Of a stretch of 64,000 nucleotides of DNA, positions 26,432 through 37,017 are shown one piece after another; position 1 is the first letter of the stretch, and each line of letters starts with the position of its first letter. Under the pieces are notes generated by a model. It was not told the origin of the DNA. It searched no databases and worked only from the letters and a program-made list of their open reading frames with translations. A program made the position numbers and the translations under genes. Source of the stretch: Flavobacteriia bacterium. Its GTDB lineage: Bacteria > Bacteroidota > Bacteroidia > Flavobacteriales_D > Crocinitomicaceae. Location of the stretch: positions 28,551 through 92,550 of the forward strand of contig JACPDW010000001.1 of the NCBI GenBank assembly GCA_016183815.1, read 5' to 3'.

Positions 26432-28243
26432 TTAGTGTTCTTCTTCACCTTCTTTTAGTGGTACAGTTTGCGGAATAAAATCTTCTTCCATTCCAGGTTT
26501 AGAATAATCGTAAGCCCATCTATGAACTTCAGGAAGTGGTCCTACCCAGTTTCCATGAACAGGTTCAACTGGTGAAGTCCATTCTAAGGTATTCGATTTC
26601 CATGGATTTTGAGGTGCTTTTGGTCCTCTAAATACACTATAAAAGAAATTGAATAAGAAAATCAACTGAGCAATTCCACCTAAAATTGTAAATAAAGTAA
26701 TTATAACATTCAAATCTAAAATCATAGTAAATGCGTTTGTATCAAATTCATTATAAACAGAATAGTCATAATATCTTCTTGGAGCACCGGCTATTCCTAC
26801 AAAATGCATTGGAAAAAATACTCCATAACCAGAGATTATTGTAAGCCAAAAATGTAAATATCCTAATTTAGTATTTAACATTCTTCCATACATTTTTGGA
26901 AACCAATGATATACACCTGCAAACATTCCAAATACCGCAGATAAGCCCATCACCACATGAAAATGAGCGACAACAAACATAGTATCATGTACAGCAATAT
27001 CAAGTGCAGCATCTGCTAAAATAATACCAGTAACACCACCAGTTATAAATGTAGAAACTAAGCCAATCGAAAACATCATTGCTGGTGTTAGAATGATACT
27101 ACCTCTCCACAATGTTGTTAGATAATTAAATACTTTTACAGCAGAAGGAATGGCAATTAATAAAGTTGTAAACACAAAAACACTACCAAGAAGAGGATTC
27201 ATGCCTGTAACATACATATGGTGAGCCCAAACTATAAAAGATAAAAATCCAATTGCTAACATTGATCCAATCATAGCTCTATAACCAAAGATAGGTTTTC
27301 TAGAGTTAGTTGAGATAACTTCAGAAGTAATACCTAAAGAGGGTAATAGTACAATATACACTTCAGGATGACCTAAAAACCAAAATAAATGTTGAAATAA
27401 AATTGGTGAACCACCATGATTCTCAAGCATTTCTCCAGCAACAATAATATCAGATAAATAGAAACTAGTACCCATAGTTCTATCCATTATCAATAATAGT
27501 ACAGCGGATAACAAAACTGGAAAAGATAAAACACCAATAATTGCAGTTATTAAAAATGCCCAAATTGTTAAAGGTAAACGAGTCATGCTCATTCCTTTTG
27601 TTCTTAAATTTAATACGGTTACTATATAATTTAATGAACCTAATAAGGAGGATGCAACAAAAATAGCCATTGAAACTAGCCAAAGTGTCATGCCTAAACC
27701 TTGACCTGGCATTGCCTGTGGTAGAGCAGATAAAGGTGGATAAATTGTCCAGCCAGCAGAAGCAGGTCCTGTTTCGACAAACAAAGATGCAACCATTATT
27801 ATAGAGGAAACAAAAAACATCCAATAAGAGAGCATATTTAAAAACCCAGAAGCCATATCTCTTGCACCTATTTGAAAAGGGATTAAGATATTTGAAAAAG
27901 TACCAGATAAACCACCAGTAAGTAAGAAAAATACCATTATTGTACCATGAATAGTTACCAATGCAAGATACATTTCTTCTTTCATTACACCATTTGGTGC
28001 CCATTCATTTCCAAGGAAAAAAGATACAAAATCATTACTTTCACCAGGCCAAGCCAATTGAATTCTAAAAAGTAAAGACAATATCATTGCAATTACCCCC
28101 ATAAAAATAGCAGTAACTAGATATTGTTTACTGATCATTTTATGATCTTGACTAAAAATATATTTAGAAACAAAACCTTCATCATGGTGTTCATGTGCAT
28201 GATGATCGTGTGTTCCGTGAATATCGTGTGCTAATGTTCCCAT
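26432..28243 (-). CDS. ctaD: Cytochrome c oxidase subunit I (haem-copper oxidase, A-type)
   Basis: 603 aa with 12 or more TM helices. Contains WFLGHPEVY, the VWAHHMY CuB/haem ligands and HFHVVMG. The N-terminus is His-rich. Confidence 0.95.
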   Translation of the reverse strand: MGTLAHDIHGTHDHHAHEHHDEGFVSKYIFSQDHKMISKQYLVTAIFMGVIAMILSLLFRIQLAWPGESNDFVSFFLGNEWAPNGVMKEEMYLALVTIHGTIMVFFLLTGGLSGTFSNILIPFQIGARDMASGFLNMLSYWMFFVSSIIMVASLFVETGPASAGWTIYPPLSALPQAMPGQGLGMTLWLVSMAIFVASSLLGSLNYIVTVLNLRTKGMSMTRLPLTIWAFLITAIIGVLSFPVLLSAVLLLIMDRTMGTSFYLSDIIVAGEMLENHGGSPILFQHLFWFLGHPEVYIVLLPSLGITSEVISTNSRKPIFGYRAMIGSMLAIGFLSFIVWAHHMYVTGMNPLLGSVFVFTTLLIAIPSAVKVFNYLTTLWRGSIILTPAMMFSIGLVSTFITGGVTGIILADAALDIAVHDTMFVVAHFHVVMGLSAVFGMFAGVYHWFPKMYGRMLNTKLGYLHFWLTIISGYGVFFPMHFVGIAGAPRRYYDYSVYNEFDTNAFTMILDLNVIITLFTILGGIAQLIFLFNFFYSVFRGPKAPQNPWKSNTLEWTSPVEPVHGNWVGPLPEVHRWAYDYSKPGMEEDFIPQTVPLKEGEEEH

Positions 28244-28255
28244 ATTTCTATAAGT

Positions 28256-29512
28256 TTATTGATTCATTACTAGTTTTAAAGTATCTGCTGGAATATTTTG
28301 AAGAGTGTCAGTAGGTACTATGTTTTTTTTCATAAATTGATCTTTAAAACTTTCTTTTGATTTTAACCATGCTGAATATTCTTTTTTAGTATCTACTTTC
28401 ACTATCATTTTCATTTTGTAGTGAGCACCACCACAAATTTTATTACATAATAAGACGTAATTAAAGTCTTTATTATTCATTTTTTTTCTCATATCTTTAG
28501 TAGATATATTTGGAGTAAATTTCATACGAGTTGTCATTCCAGGTACTGTATTGATTTGTGTTCTAAAATGTGGAAAATAAGCGGAATGAATTACATCTTT
28601 GGATCTAAAATTAAACTCATATTCTTGATTGACAAGTAAATGCAATGTATCTTTTTGAATAAAATCATCGTAAGCTTTTGAATCTTTCTTTTTATCATGT
28701 CGATATTTCATTTGATATAGAAGTCTCAATAAACGAGATTTTCTATCAAAATCTTTTTCCATTTTTTCTCTATCTTCAGGCAACATCATTAATGTTCTGT
28801 CATTGAGTTGTTTTTCCATTAATTTAATTCCTAAAATTGTACCATCAGCGTTTCCATGTTCCATATATAAAATTGCTGTATCGATGGTTTCTGTTGTCAT
28901 TAAAGCAAGTTCATTTTGTGGAATAGTTAATTTATAGTCAAAAAAACCTAGTTCATTATTTTCACCAGAATATCTTGCTGTCCAATCAAATTGTTTAGAA
29001 AACAATTCTATTCTAATTGCTTTTTTTTCAGCAACAGTTGTGATTTCATTCCATGTTTTCAGACCTAAAATAATAATGACAGCTAAAGTTAGTGCAGGAA
29101 CCATAGTCCAAATTAACTCTAATTTGTTATTATGTGGATAATAGTAAGCTTTAACACCCGGTTTTCTTATATATCGATAAGTGAAGACAAACAATAAGGT
29201 ATTGGTTAAAAAGAAAACAACTGAAATGATGATTAAGTTTAGATTCAATAACCAATCTGTTTCAACTCCTTGAGTAGATGCTGCTTCTCCTCTTCCTGTC
29301 CAGCCATATTCATAAACTAAATAGATAAAAGATGCAAAATAAAAAATCATAAAAAGCATCATTAGAAAGCCATTCAGCCGATTGTCTTTGTCAGGTATAT
29401 TTTCTTGTTTTTTGTTATTAAGTTTAGAACTGATTTCATAAACTTTAATAAGTTGAGCGACTGCAAGTGCTGCAAGAGCTACGACAACCAAAGTAATTAG
29501 TTTATAGACCAT
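28256..29512 (-). CDS. ctaC: Cytochrome c oxidase subunit II (CuA cupredoxin domain)
   Basis: 418 aa with TM helices near the N-terminus. CuA ligand set DVIHSAYFPHF...CNKICGGAHYKM. There is a long insert between the TMs and the cupredoxin domain. Confidence 0.85.
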   Translation of the reverse strand: MVYKLITLVVVALAALAVAQLIKVYEISSKLNNKKQENIPDKDNRLNGFLMMLFMIFYFASFIYLVYEYGWTGRGEAASTQGVETDWLLNLNLIIISVVFFLTNTLLFVFTYRYIRKPGVKAYYYPHNNKLELIWTMVPALTLAVIIILGLKTWNEITTVAEKKAIRIELFSKQFDWTARYSGENNELGFFDYKLTIPQNELALMTTETIDTAILYMEHGNADGTILGIKLMEKQLNDRTLMMLPEDREKMEKDFDRKSRLLRLLYQMKYRHDKKKDSKAYDDFIQKDTLHLLVNQEYEFNFRSKDVIHSAYFPHFRTQINTVPGMTTRMKFTPNISTKDMRKKMNNKDFNYVLLCNKICGGAHYKMKMIVKVDTKKEYSAWLKSKESFKDQFMKKNIVPTDTLQNIPADTLKLVMNQ

Positions 29513-29560
29513 TTGTCTTAGGTATTAATATTTATTGTTTCTTTTTTTTATTTCAATATG

Positions 29561-29568
29561 CAAAAATA
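29561..29568 (-). promoter_or_regulatory. Candidate -7 promoter box (TATTTTTG) upstream of oxidase subunit II
   Basis: The reverse complement matches TAnnTTTG 49 nt upstream of ATG 29512, inside the 171-nt actF-oxidase spacer. Motif match only. Confidence 0.3.
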
Positions 29569-29683
29569 ACAAAATTTAATAAAAACAATTAAACCTTATA
29601 AATTTTTACATAAAATTATTAAGCACAAATAATCAAGCAGATACTAAATATTTACCTTAAAAAAGTTTAAATATTATACTTAA

Positions 29684-30880
29684 TTATACTTCGTGATGAA
29701 TACTTTCTTCCAAATATGGATGATTTTTAACATCAAGAGGTGCTTTTGTTAAACTTGTTAAAATAACTCTTACAAAGAGTCCTAATATTAGAAGTAATAA
29801 TCCAATTTCCATAAAACCAATAGATGCATTTTCACCCATTGAACCACCCATAACCATGATATAAGTGTCCATCCAATGTCCGAAAAATACTATCAACCCA
29901 ACAAAAATTAATAAACCCGAATGTCTTTTCGCATCTCTAGACATTAATAAAACCATAGGGAAAACAAAATTGATTAAAAACATTCCAAAATATAAAACTT
30001 TAAAATGAGCAATTCTTGTTACAAAATAAGTTGTTTCTTCAGGAATATTGGCAAACCAAATCAACATAAATTGAGAAAACCATAAATACGACCATAAAAA
30101 GCTAATAGCAAATACCCATTTTCCTATATCGTGGATATGATTTTCATTTACTCTTTCAAGGTGACCAAGTCTTTTCAAGTAAAGAGTTAAAATAACCATA
30201 ACAATCATAGCAGTACACCACATTCCTGAAAATACATACCAACCAAAAAGAGTTGAAAACCAGTGAACGTCAATAGACATAATCCAATCCCAAGCAGAAG
30301 TTGAACTAAATACTGCGAAAAACACTAAAAAAGTAGCTCCTTTTTTGTAGTTTTTATAATGTAGTTCTGTTCCACCAACTTGGTCTTCTAAAAGAGATCT
30401 TTTTCTAAAACCCCAATAATAAAGTAAGTAAATAGTAACATAAACTAAAGTTCTAATCCAAAAAAATGTTTTACTTAAATAAAATGCTTTTCCTTGGATA
30501 ATTTCATCGTGTTTTACTATTTCTTCATCCATCCATAAATAAATGTGGGCACCATCATTAAGGGTGATATAAGCAAAAGTAATTAATAATAAACCAACAC
30601 CAAATGGAAGAAAACCTGCTACACCTTCGATAACTCTTTTAATAGCAACATACCATGCCGTTTCAGTTGCATATTTTAAAGCTAAAAAGAAAAGTGAAGC
30701 AATAGCTATGCCAAAAAAGAAGAAGCTATTTATTAATAAATTTCCAGATAATCTCTGAGGAAGGTGATGACCGTGATCATGACCCATTTCCAAAACAACA
30801 CCTACAATGGTGCAAACTATACCCAAAGCCATTAATATAATGGTAAACAGGTTTGCGTTTTTTGTAATTTTAAATTCCAT
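29684..30880 (-). CDS. actF: Alternative complex III subunit ActF (quinol:cytochrome c oxidoreductase membrane subunit)
   Basis: 398 aa, polytopic and NrfD-like. It occupies the sixth position of an actABCDEF-ordered cluster. Confidence 0.75.
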   Translation of the reverse strand: MEFKITKNANLFTIILMALGIVCTIVGVVLEMGHDHGHHLPQRLSGNLLINSFFFFGIAIASLFFLALKYATETAWYVAIKRVIEGVAGFLPFGVGLLLITFAYITLNDGAHIYLWMDEEIVKHDEIIQGKAFYLSKTFFWIRTLVYVTIYLLYYWGFRKRSLLEDQVGGTELHYKNYKKGATFLVFFAVFSSTSAWDWIMSIDVHWFSTLFGWYVFSGMWCTAMIVMVILTLYLKRLGHLERVNENHIHDIGKWVFAISFLWSYLWFSQFMLIWFANIPEETTYFVTRIAHFKVLYFGMFLINFVFPMVLLMSRDAKRHSGLLIFVGLIVFFGHWMDTYIMVMGGSMGENASIGFMEIGLLLLILGLFVRVILTSLTKAPLDVKNHPYLEESIHHEV

Positions 30881-30915
30881 CTTTTTAAACTTTCAATTAA
30901 TATTTTTCAAAGTTA

Positions 30916-31686
30916 TTATTTAACAGTTGTTTTTGTGCTATCTGCTACAATTGTTGTAACAGATGTGCTCATAAAATTTGTTTTTCCGTATTCTGGATTT
31001 TGAATGCTTCTTATATAATGAACGACATTCCAAATTTCTTTTTTATTTAAAATAGGTGCATGAGAACCCATTGCTCCTTTTCCATAATAGATAGAATAAA
31101 ACATCTGCCCATCACTTAAAGCGATTTTATCAACAAAATTTGGTACACCAACATAGGCACCACTAACAACCATAGATCCTTGTCCATCACCTTTTTCACC
31201 ATGGCAATGTTTACAATTTACACTGTATAAATCTTTCCCTTTTTTCAAGATAATCTCAGCATTTTCAGCAGTTATTTTGATAGGATTCATATCTGCTGCA
31301 GCCATTTGGTAATCGTAATCACCTTGTGGGTTGGTAGAAAAATCCCATTCAACTAAACCATGAGTAACTGCAGATGTAGAACTTGGTTTACGGTGATAAG
31401 GCAACATCAACATTACTTCTTCTTTGTTTGTCCCGAAATAAGGTATAGTATATTTTGGTGGAGTTTTCACACTCATTTTATTGGAAACACTTTTTTGTAT
31501 TCTTCCTCTAAGTTCGCCATAATCAACATAAGGTTCTACTGCAGGAGAACGATACATGTCAGGCATATATTCATAACCAGCACTATTTGGGTCTTTTGAA
31601 CAGGAATTAAACATCCATAAAAAACCAAATAAGAGAGTTACTTTACCAAATAATTTTATTAACTTATTCATAGCCACTTTTTTCAA
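30916..31686 (-). CDS. actE: Alternative complex III subunit ActE (monohaem cytochrome c lipoprotein)
   Basis: 256 aa. Lipobox MFNSC and a single CKHCH haem motif. It lies between actD and actF. Confidence 0.8.
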   Translation of the reverse strand: MKKVAMNKLIKLFGKVTLLFGFLWMFNSCSKDPNSAGYEYMPDMYRSPAVEPYVDYGELRGRIQKSVSNKMSVKTPPKYTIPYFGTNKEEVMLMLPYHRKPSSTSAVTHGLVEWDFSTNPQGDYDYQMAAADMNPIKITAENAEIILKKGKDLYSVNCKHCHGEKGDGQGSMVVSGAYVGVPNFVDKIALSDGQMFYSIYYGKGAMGSHAPILNKKEIWNVVHYIRSIQNPEYGKTNFMSTSVTTIVADSTKTTVK

Positions 31687-31694
31687 TGCGAAAC

Positions 31695-32231
31695 TTATTT
31701 TACATATTTAAAATCTAATTCACTTGCTCCAGAAGTTTGTAACATATCTTCTAACTCTTCAGTAGTGAATTTGTTGTTTTCTGACAATCTTAATTCCATT
31801 ACAAATCTATCATCAGTCGTTCTTGGATGAGGATTTGATGCAGGTAAACCAGGAAGTGTTTTGTTTTTCCACAGATAGGTGATTGCCATCCCATGAGCAG
31901 CACACATAACTGTAAATTCAAATGTTACCGGTATAAATGCCAACATATTTTCTAGGTATGTTCCATTTGGTTTACCACCTACATTCATTGGCCAATCGTC
32001 AATCATTATGTATTTCATGCCAACAGTTGCAAGCAATAGACCTGTTAAACCATATAAAAATGCCATAATACCTAAACGAGTATTTTTAACTCCAATTATT
32101 GGATCGATTCCATGTATTGGAAAAGGTGAAAATACTTCTGCAATTCTAACGCCTTTTGAAACAAGTTTTTTAGCACTTGATTTCAATACATCGTCGTCTT
32201 CGTAAGTTGCGTAAATAATTCTTTCTGCCAT
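31695..32231 (-). CDS. actD: Alternative complex III subunit ActD (DUF3341 membrane protein)
   Basis: 178 aa. The N-terminal soluble segment plus two TM helices match the usual ActD size and topology. Position is within the act cluster. Confidence 0.75.
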   Translation of the reverse strand: MAERIIYATYEDDDVLKSSAKKLVSKGVRIAEVFSPFPIHGIDPIIGVKNTRLGIMAFLYGLTGLLLATVGMKYIMIDDWPMNVGGKPNGTYLENMLAFIPVTFEFTVMCAAHGMAITYLWKNKTLPGLPASNPHPRTTDDRFVMELRLSENNKFTTEELEDMLQTSGASELDFKYVK

Positions 32232-32237
32232 GTCTTA

Positions 32238-33647
32238 TTAATGATGAGATGAATGATTTGATTCGTGTTCATGATGATCTGGAGCATTTTTATAACTTTC
32301 TCCAGAAGACTTTAATATTGTTTTTAATTCTGCAATTGGTAATACTGGGAAAAAACGAGCAAATAATAAATAAAATACAAAGAATATTCCAATAGTACCA
32401 ATATAAACGCCTATGTCCATGTGACTTGGGTAATGCATACTCCATGCAGCAGGTAAATAATCTCTGTGGATTGAAGTTACAATAATTACATATCTCTCAA
32501 ACCACATTCCAATATTAACTACAATAGAAATAAAGAAAGTAAAATACAAACTTCTTCTCAAAGGTTTAATCCACATTAATTGTGGAGAAATTACATTACA
32601 AGTCATCATTGACCAATATGCCCACCAATAAGGACCTGTGGCTCTGTTTAAGAACGCATAAGCTTCATATTCAACACCAGAATACCAAGAAATAAATAAT
32701 TCTGTAATATAAGCAGTACCTACAATAGATCCAGTAACCATAATTACTATATTCATATACTCAATATGCCTTGTATGAATATAAGCTTCTAATCTAAATG
32801 CCTTTCTAATAACCAACATTAAGGTTTGTACCATTGCAAAACCTGAAAAAACGGCACCTGCAACGAAATATGGAGGAAAGATTGTTGTATGCCAACCTGG
32901 TATAACCGAAGTAGCAAAGTCAAAAGATACTATTGAGTGAACGGAAAATACTAATGGTGTGGACAATCCTGCTAAAACAAGCGAAACTATTTCAAACCTG
33001 TTCCAGTTTTTTGCTCTACCTGACCACCCAAATGACAAAATAGAATACATTTTTTTAGGAATTGGTCTTTTCACTCTATCTCTTAAAGTAGCAAAATCAG
33101 GAATTAATCCTATATACCAAAATACAAGTGATACGGATAAATAGGTTGAGATTGCAAAAACGTCCCATAATAAAGGAGAATTGAAGTTTACCCACAACGA
33201 ACCAAACTGATTTGGAATAGGCATAGTCCAATAACCTAACCACAGTCTTCCCATGTGAATCAATGGAAAAGTACCTGCCATAAATACCGCAAAGATAGTC
33301 ATTGCTTCAGCTGAACGGTTAATTGCCATTCTCCATTTTTGTCTGAATAACAATAATACAGCCGAAATCAATGTTCCAGCATGACCAATACCTACCCACC
33401 ATACAAAGTTTGTGATATCCCAAGCCCAACCTATCGTTTTATTGATACCCCAGACCCCGATACCTGTTCCTAAAAGGTACATAATACAACCAACACCGTA
33501 AATTGCGATTATTAACGCAATGGTAAAAAGTACATACCAACCTCTAGGAGCTTTGTCCTCGATAGGTTTACATACATCGACGGTGATGTCATGATAGGTT
33601 TTATGTCCTAAAATTAACGGTTCTCTTATCGCTGCTTCTTTATGCAT
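32238..33647 (-). CDS. actC: Alternative complex III subunit ActC (NrfD/PsrC-like quinol-binding membrane subunit)
   Basis: 469 aa with about 10 TM helices. NrfD-family pattern (WGINKTIGWAWDITNFVWWVGIGHAGT). It follows the actB stop by 20 nt. Confidence 0.9.
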   Translation of the reverse strand: MHKEAAIREPLILGHKTYHDITVDVCKPIEDKAPRGWYVLFTIALIIAIYGVGCIMYLLGTGIGVWGINKTIGWAWDITNFVWWVGIGHAGTLISAVLLLFRQKWRMAINRSAEAMTIFAVFMAGTFPLIHMGRLWLGYWTMPIPNQFGSLWVNFNSPLLWDVFAISTYLSVSLVFWYIGLIPDFATLRDRVKRPIPKKMYSILSFGWSGRAKNWNRFEIVSLVLAGLSTPLVFSVHSIVSFDFATSVIPGWHTTIFPPYFVAGAVFSGFAMVQTLMLVIRKAFRLEAYIHTRHIEYMNIVIMVTGSIVGTAYITELFISWYSGVEYEAYAFLNRATGPYWWAYWSMMTCNVISPQLMWIKPLRRSLYFTFFISIVVNIGMWFERYVIIVTSIHRDYLPAAWSMHYPSHMDIGVYIGTIGIFFVFYLLFARFFPVLPIAELKTILKSSGESYKNAPDHHEHESNHSSHH

Positions 33648-33667
33648 TTTTTTTCTTATTTCTTAGA

Positions 33668-36600
33668 TTAATGACCTTTTTTATGATTGTCTTCTTTGCC
33701 AGCATGATGAGCAGTTTCTTCAACTACTTGAATATGTGACAGAGCTTTATTTTCTTCGTTTCTAACTTTTACTTTATACCAAACATTTGGTTTAATACCA
33801 ACTTCTTCTAGAGCAAAATAAGCACGTTTATCATCTGCACTTTTACGTACCATAGATTTTTTATCATTCCAATCACCTACAATAATTGCATTTGTTGGAC
33901 AAACTTCAGAACAAGCAGTACTTACTTCACCATCTTCAACTGCTCTACCTTCGTTTTTAGCTGAAAGTTTAGCGGCTTGAATTTTTTGAACACAGAAAGA
34001 ACATTTCTCCATTACCCCTCTTGTTCTAACTGTAACATCAGGATTTAATACCATTCTTCCTAAATCGTCCTGTGCAGGATTGATTTGAGTGAATTTCTTA
34101 TAAGATGGATAGTTAAACCAATTGAAACGACGTACTTTATACGGACAGTTGTTTGCACAATACCTTGTACCAATACAACGGTTATATGCCATTTGATTTA
34201 GTCCTTCGTTACTGTGATTTGTTGCCGCAACTGGACAAACTGTTTCACAAGGTGCATGATTACAATGATGACACATCATCGGCATGTGAACCACTTTTGG
34301 ATTAACAGCAGACAATTCAGCTTCGTCATAATTAAAATTCTTTTTGTCTTTTTTAACCCCAACAGCCACTTCTTCATCTGATGAATAATATCTATCTATT
34401 CTAATCCAATGCATTTCACGACCTCTTCTTACCTCGTCTTTACCAACAACAGGTACATTGTTTTCAGACTGACAAGCAATCATACAAGTTCCACAACCAA
34501 TACATGATGATAAGTCTATTGTCATACCCCAGCGATGACCAATATTTTCAACAGGATGAGCTTCCCATAAATCAAAATTACTTATATGCTCGGGTCCGTG
34601 ATGGGTTTCTAAATTATGTGCAGGATTATAAGCTTCCTTTTCTTTATTTTTATAAATTGATAAGGTAGTTTCTTTAACGATAGAATCTCTACCCATTAAT
34701 GTATGGTGAATTTGAGTTGCTGCAATTGCATACATACCATCAACTTTTGTTATTGAGGCAGAATTTACAAATTGTAAAGTTCCATTATGTAATTGAGTAA
34801 ATGAATAAACATTTTTTCCAACAGGAGTACGATTGCCTTTTGAATCTAAAACATAACCTCCATAAGGCATAGTTTGATAAGCAGCATTTCCTACTTCTTC
34901 GTTGTTAGCTCCTCTTCCATAACCTAATGCTATACCAATAGTTCCTAAAGCTTGACCAGGAGATGGATAAACAGGAAGAATTACACTTTCACCATTTACA
35001 CTAACCTTAGCTTGGTTTAAACCGTTTTCTTGATCATAAGTTGTAACATAACCTTGTTTAATCATTTCAACAGGATTCATGGTAATGTAATTATCCCAAG
35101 TAACCTTTGAAATAGGGTCTGGCATCTCTTGTAACCATGGATTACCTGTATGCATTCCCGTTCCAATTGCAGCTTTTTGATACAACACAACTTCAATCCC
35201 TTTTGTAGTAAACAAAGTAGAATTTAAGTTTGAAAGAGCACTATCATTGAATGATGGAACAACACCTGAAGAAGGCACAGAAGTAGATGAACTACTATTA
35301 TGAACCATCATGTTCCAGTACATTTCAGCGTCTGTAAATTCAGTTTGCATTGGAAAACCATAAGTTGTCCAATTATATTTGATTAAATCATAAAATACCT
35401 TAGAATCTTTACCACCTCTTTTTGCTTGATCAGACCAAACTAAAAGTGACTCCTGTGCTGCAGAAGAATTATGAATTGGTCTAATTGTTGGCTGAGCAAT
35501 TGCGTAATGTCCTGCTTTAGGATTGTAATCATTCCATGCTTCTAAAGCGTGATGGTCAGGTGCTATATATTTACAAAGTGAAGAAGTTTCATCTGCATAC
35601 AAGGAGAAAGATACAGTTAAATCAATGTCTTTCAAAAATTTAGCAAAAACTTCTCCATGTGCTAAAGAATAAACAGGATTTACTCCATAAAGTAAAACAG
35701 CATCAGGTTTTTTACCACTTTTATATTGAGTAATTAATTGATGTAATTTTTCCTCTTCTGACTTAAATAGATTTACAGGAGTACCATAATCAATTGATGT
35801 GCTATATGCTCCAAGAACAACATTTAATTTGTTCACCATTATTTGAATTGCAGTAGAATTGGAACCTGAAACAATCAAAGATTCTTTACCTGATTTTTTT
35901 AACTCAGAATATGCTGAATCAGCAACTTTTTTAAGCTCAGAATTGATATTTGAAGCAACATCTGTATTTACACCAAATTTACTTAACAAATAAGAAAGAA
36001 CAGCAGCTTCTTCAGAAGGTTTCATCATTGCTCTCATGTCAGCATTTGACCCAGTAATAGATAAAATACTTTCAAACTGAAAATGTTTTGACATCCATTC
36101 TCCGTCAGGATTTCTACGAGTAGCATATTGAGATTGATATTCAGTAGCTAATAACCAAGTGCTTAAAAAATCAGCACCAAAAGAAACAATAGTTTTTGCT
36201 TTTGAAAAATCGTAAGATGGAATAATTCCTGTTGTACTTACATTTGAAGTGTTTTCACTTGTATCTTCAGCTTTATCAACCAATTTTGGAGAAGAAACAA
36301 AACAAATTTGATTTGCTTTTCTTATTGCTGCATAAGAAATGGCATCATAAGAAATGTGTTCAAATCCTACCCCAACAAAATCTTTGAATTTATCTATTGC
36401 TGTTTGAGTACTAGGTGAAATAATTGAATTTGAGATCAAAACAACTTTTCCACTTTTATTTTTTATTTCTGTAAGTTTTTCTTTAACTTCTTTATCTAAA
36501 GTTTTCCAATCGATGTCGTTTACATCTTTTTTAGGACCTTTTAATCTAGCTGAATCGTATAATCCTAATACAGAAGCTAAAATTTGCGGGTTTGTTGATC

Positions 36601-36985
36601 CTTTTGTAAATCCATAATCGCTGTTACCTTTTATGTAAATAGGACGACCTTCTCTAGTTTTTACTAAAATTCCAGCATAAGATAGTCCATCATAATAAGT
36701 AGAAGCATACCATGTTGGCATACCAGGAATAACATTTTCTGGTTTATTTACATAAGGAATTGCTTTTACAACAGGAGCTTCACAAGCTGCAAGAGAAGCC
36801 GCCGCAACGCTAAATCCTAAAAATTTAAGAAAATCCCTTCTAGGAGTTGAGGTTTCATTTAGATTTTCAGTTAAAAATTCTTCAACTGACATGGATTTTG
36901 GAAATTCCTGATCTCTATGTTCAACAAAAGCAGGAGTTTCTTTCAATTCATCAATCCCTTTCCAATATTTTTTTGACATACTCAT
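33668..36985 (-). CDS. actB: Alternative complex III subunit ActB (Tat-exported molybdopterin-oxidoreductase-like domain fused to a 4Fe-4S ferredoxin domain)
   Basis: 1105 aa. Twin-arginine signal PRRDFLKFLGFSVAAASLAAC. The C-terminal third carries multiple Cys clusters (CIGCGTCMIACQSEN, CHHCNHAPCETVCP, CIGTRYCANNCP, CSFCVQ). Confidence 0.9.
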   Translation of the reverse strand: MSMSKKYWKGIDELKETPAFVEHRDQEFPKSMSVEEFLTENLNETSTPRRDFLKFLGFSVAAASLAACEAPVVKAIPYVNKPENVIPGMPTWYASTYYDGLSYAGILVKTREGRPIYIKGNSDYGFTKGSTNPQILASVLGLYDSARLKGPKKDVNDIDWKTLDKEVKEKLTEIKNKSGKVVLISNSIISPSTQTAIDKFKDFVGVGFEHISYDAISYAAIRKANQICFVSSPKLVDKAEDTSENTSNVSTTGIIPSYDFSKAKTIVSFGADFLSTWLLATEYQSQYATRRNPDGEWMSKHFQFESILSITGSNADMRAMMKPSEEAAVLSYLLSKFGVNTDVASNINSELKKVADSAYSELKKSGKESLIVSGSNSTAIQIMVNKLNVVLGAYSTSIDYGTPVNLFKSEEEKLHQLITQYKSGKKPDAVLLYGVNPVYSLAHGEVFAKFLKDIDLTVSFSLYADETSSLCKYIAPDHHALEAWNDYNPKAGHYAIAQPTIRPIHNSSAAQESLLVWSDQAKRGGKDSKVFYDLIKYNWTTYGFPMQTEFTDAEMYWNMMVHNSSSSTSVPSSGVVPSFNDSALSNLNSTLFTTKGIEVVLYQKAAIGTGMHTGNPWLQEMPDPISKVTWDNYITMNPVEMIKQGYVTTYDQENGLNQAKVSVNGESVILPVYPSPGQALGTIGIALGYGRGANNEEVGNAAYQTMPYGGYVLDSKGNRTPVGKNVYSFTQLHNGTLQFVNSASITKVDGMYAIAATQIHHTLMGRDSIVKETTLSIYKNKEKEAYNPAHNLETHHGPEHISNFDLWEAHPVENIGHRWGMTIDLSSCIGCGTCMIACQSENNVPVVGKDEVRRGREMHWIRIDRYYSSDEEVAVGVKKDKKNFNYDEAELSAVNPKVVHMPMMCHHCNHAPCETVCPVAATNHSNEGLNQMAYNRCIGTRYCANNCPYKVRRFNWFNYPSYKKFTQINPAQDDLGRMVLNPDVTVRTRGVMEKCSFCVQKIQAAKLSAKNEGRAVEDGEVSTACSEVCPTNAIIVGDWNDKKSMVRKSADDKRAYFALEEVGIKPNVWYKVKVRNEENKALSHIQVVEETAHHAGKEDNHKKGH

Positions 36986-37017
36986 AATGTTATTCCAATC
37001 TCTTTGGTTTAATTAAA

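Noticed and set aside
27480-28004. A 174-aa ORF on the minus strand inside cytochrome oxidase subunit I, in another frame.
   Set aside because: It lies entirely within a very well supported ctaD reading frame. The translation is low-complexity (W/F/Y/C/N-rich) with no motif. It is an alternative-frame artefact.
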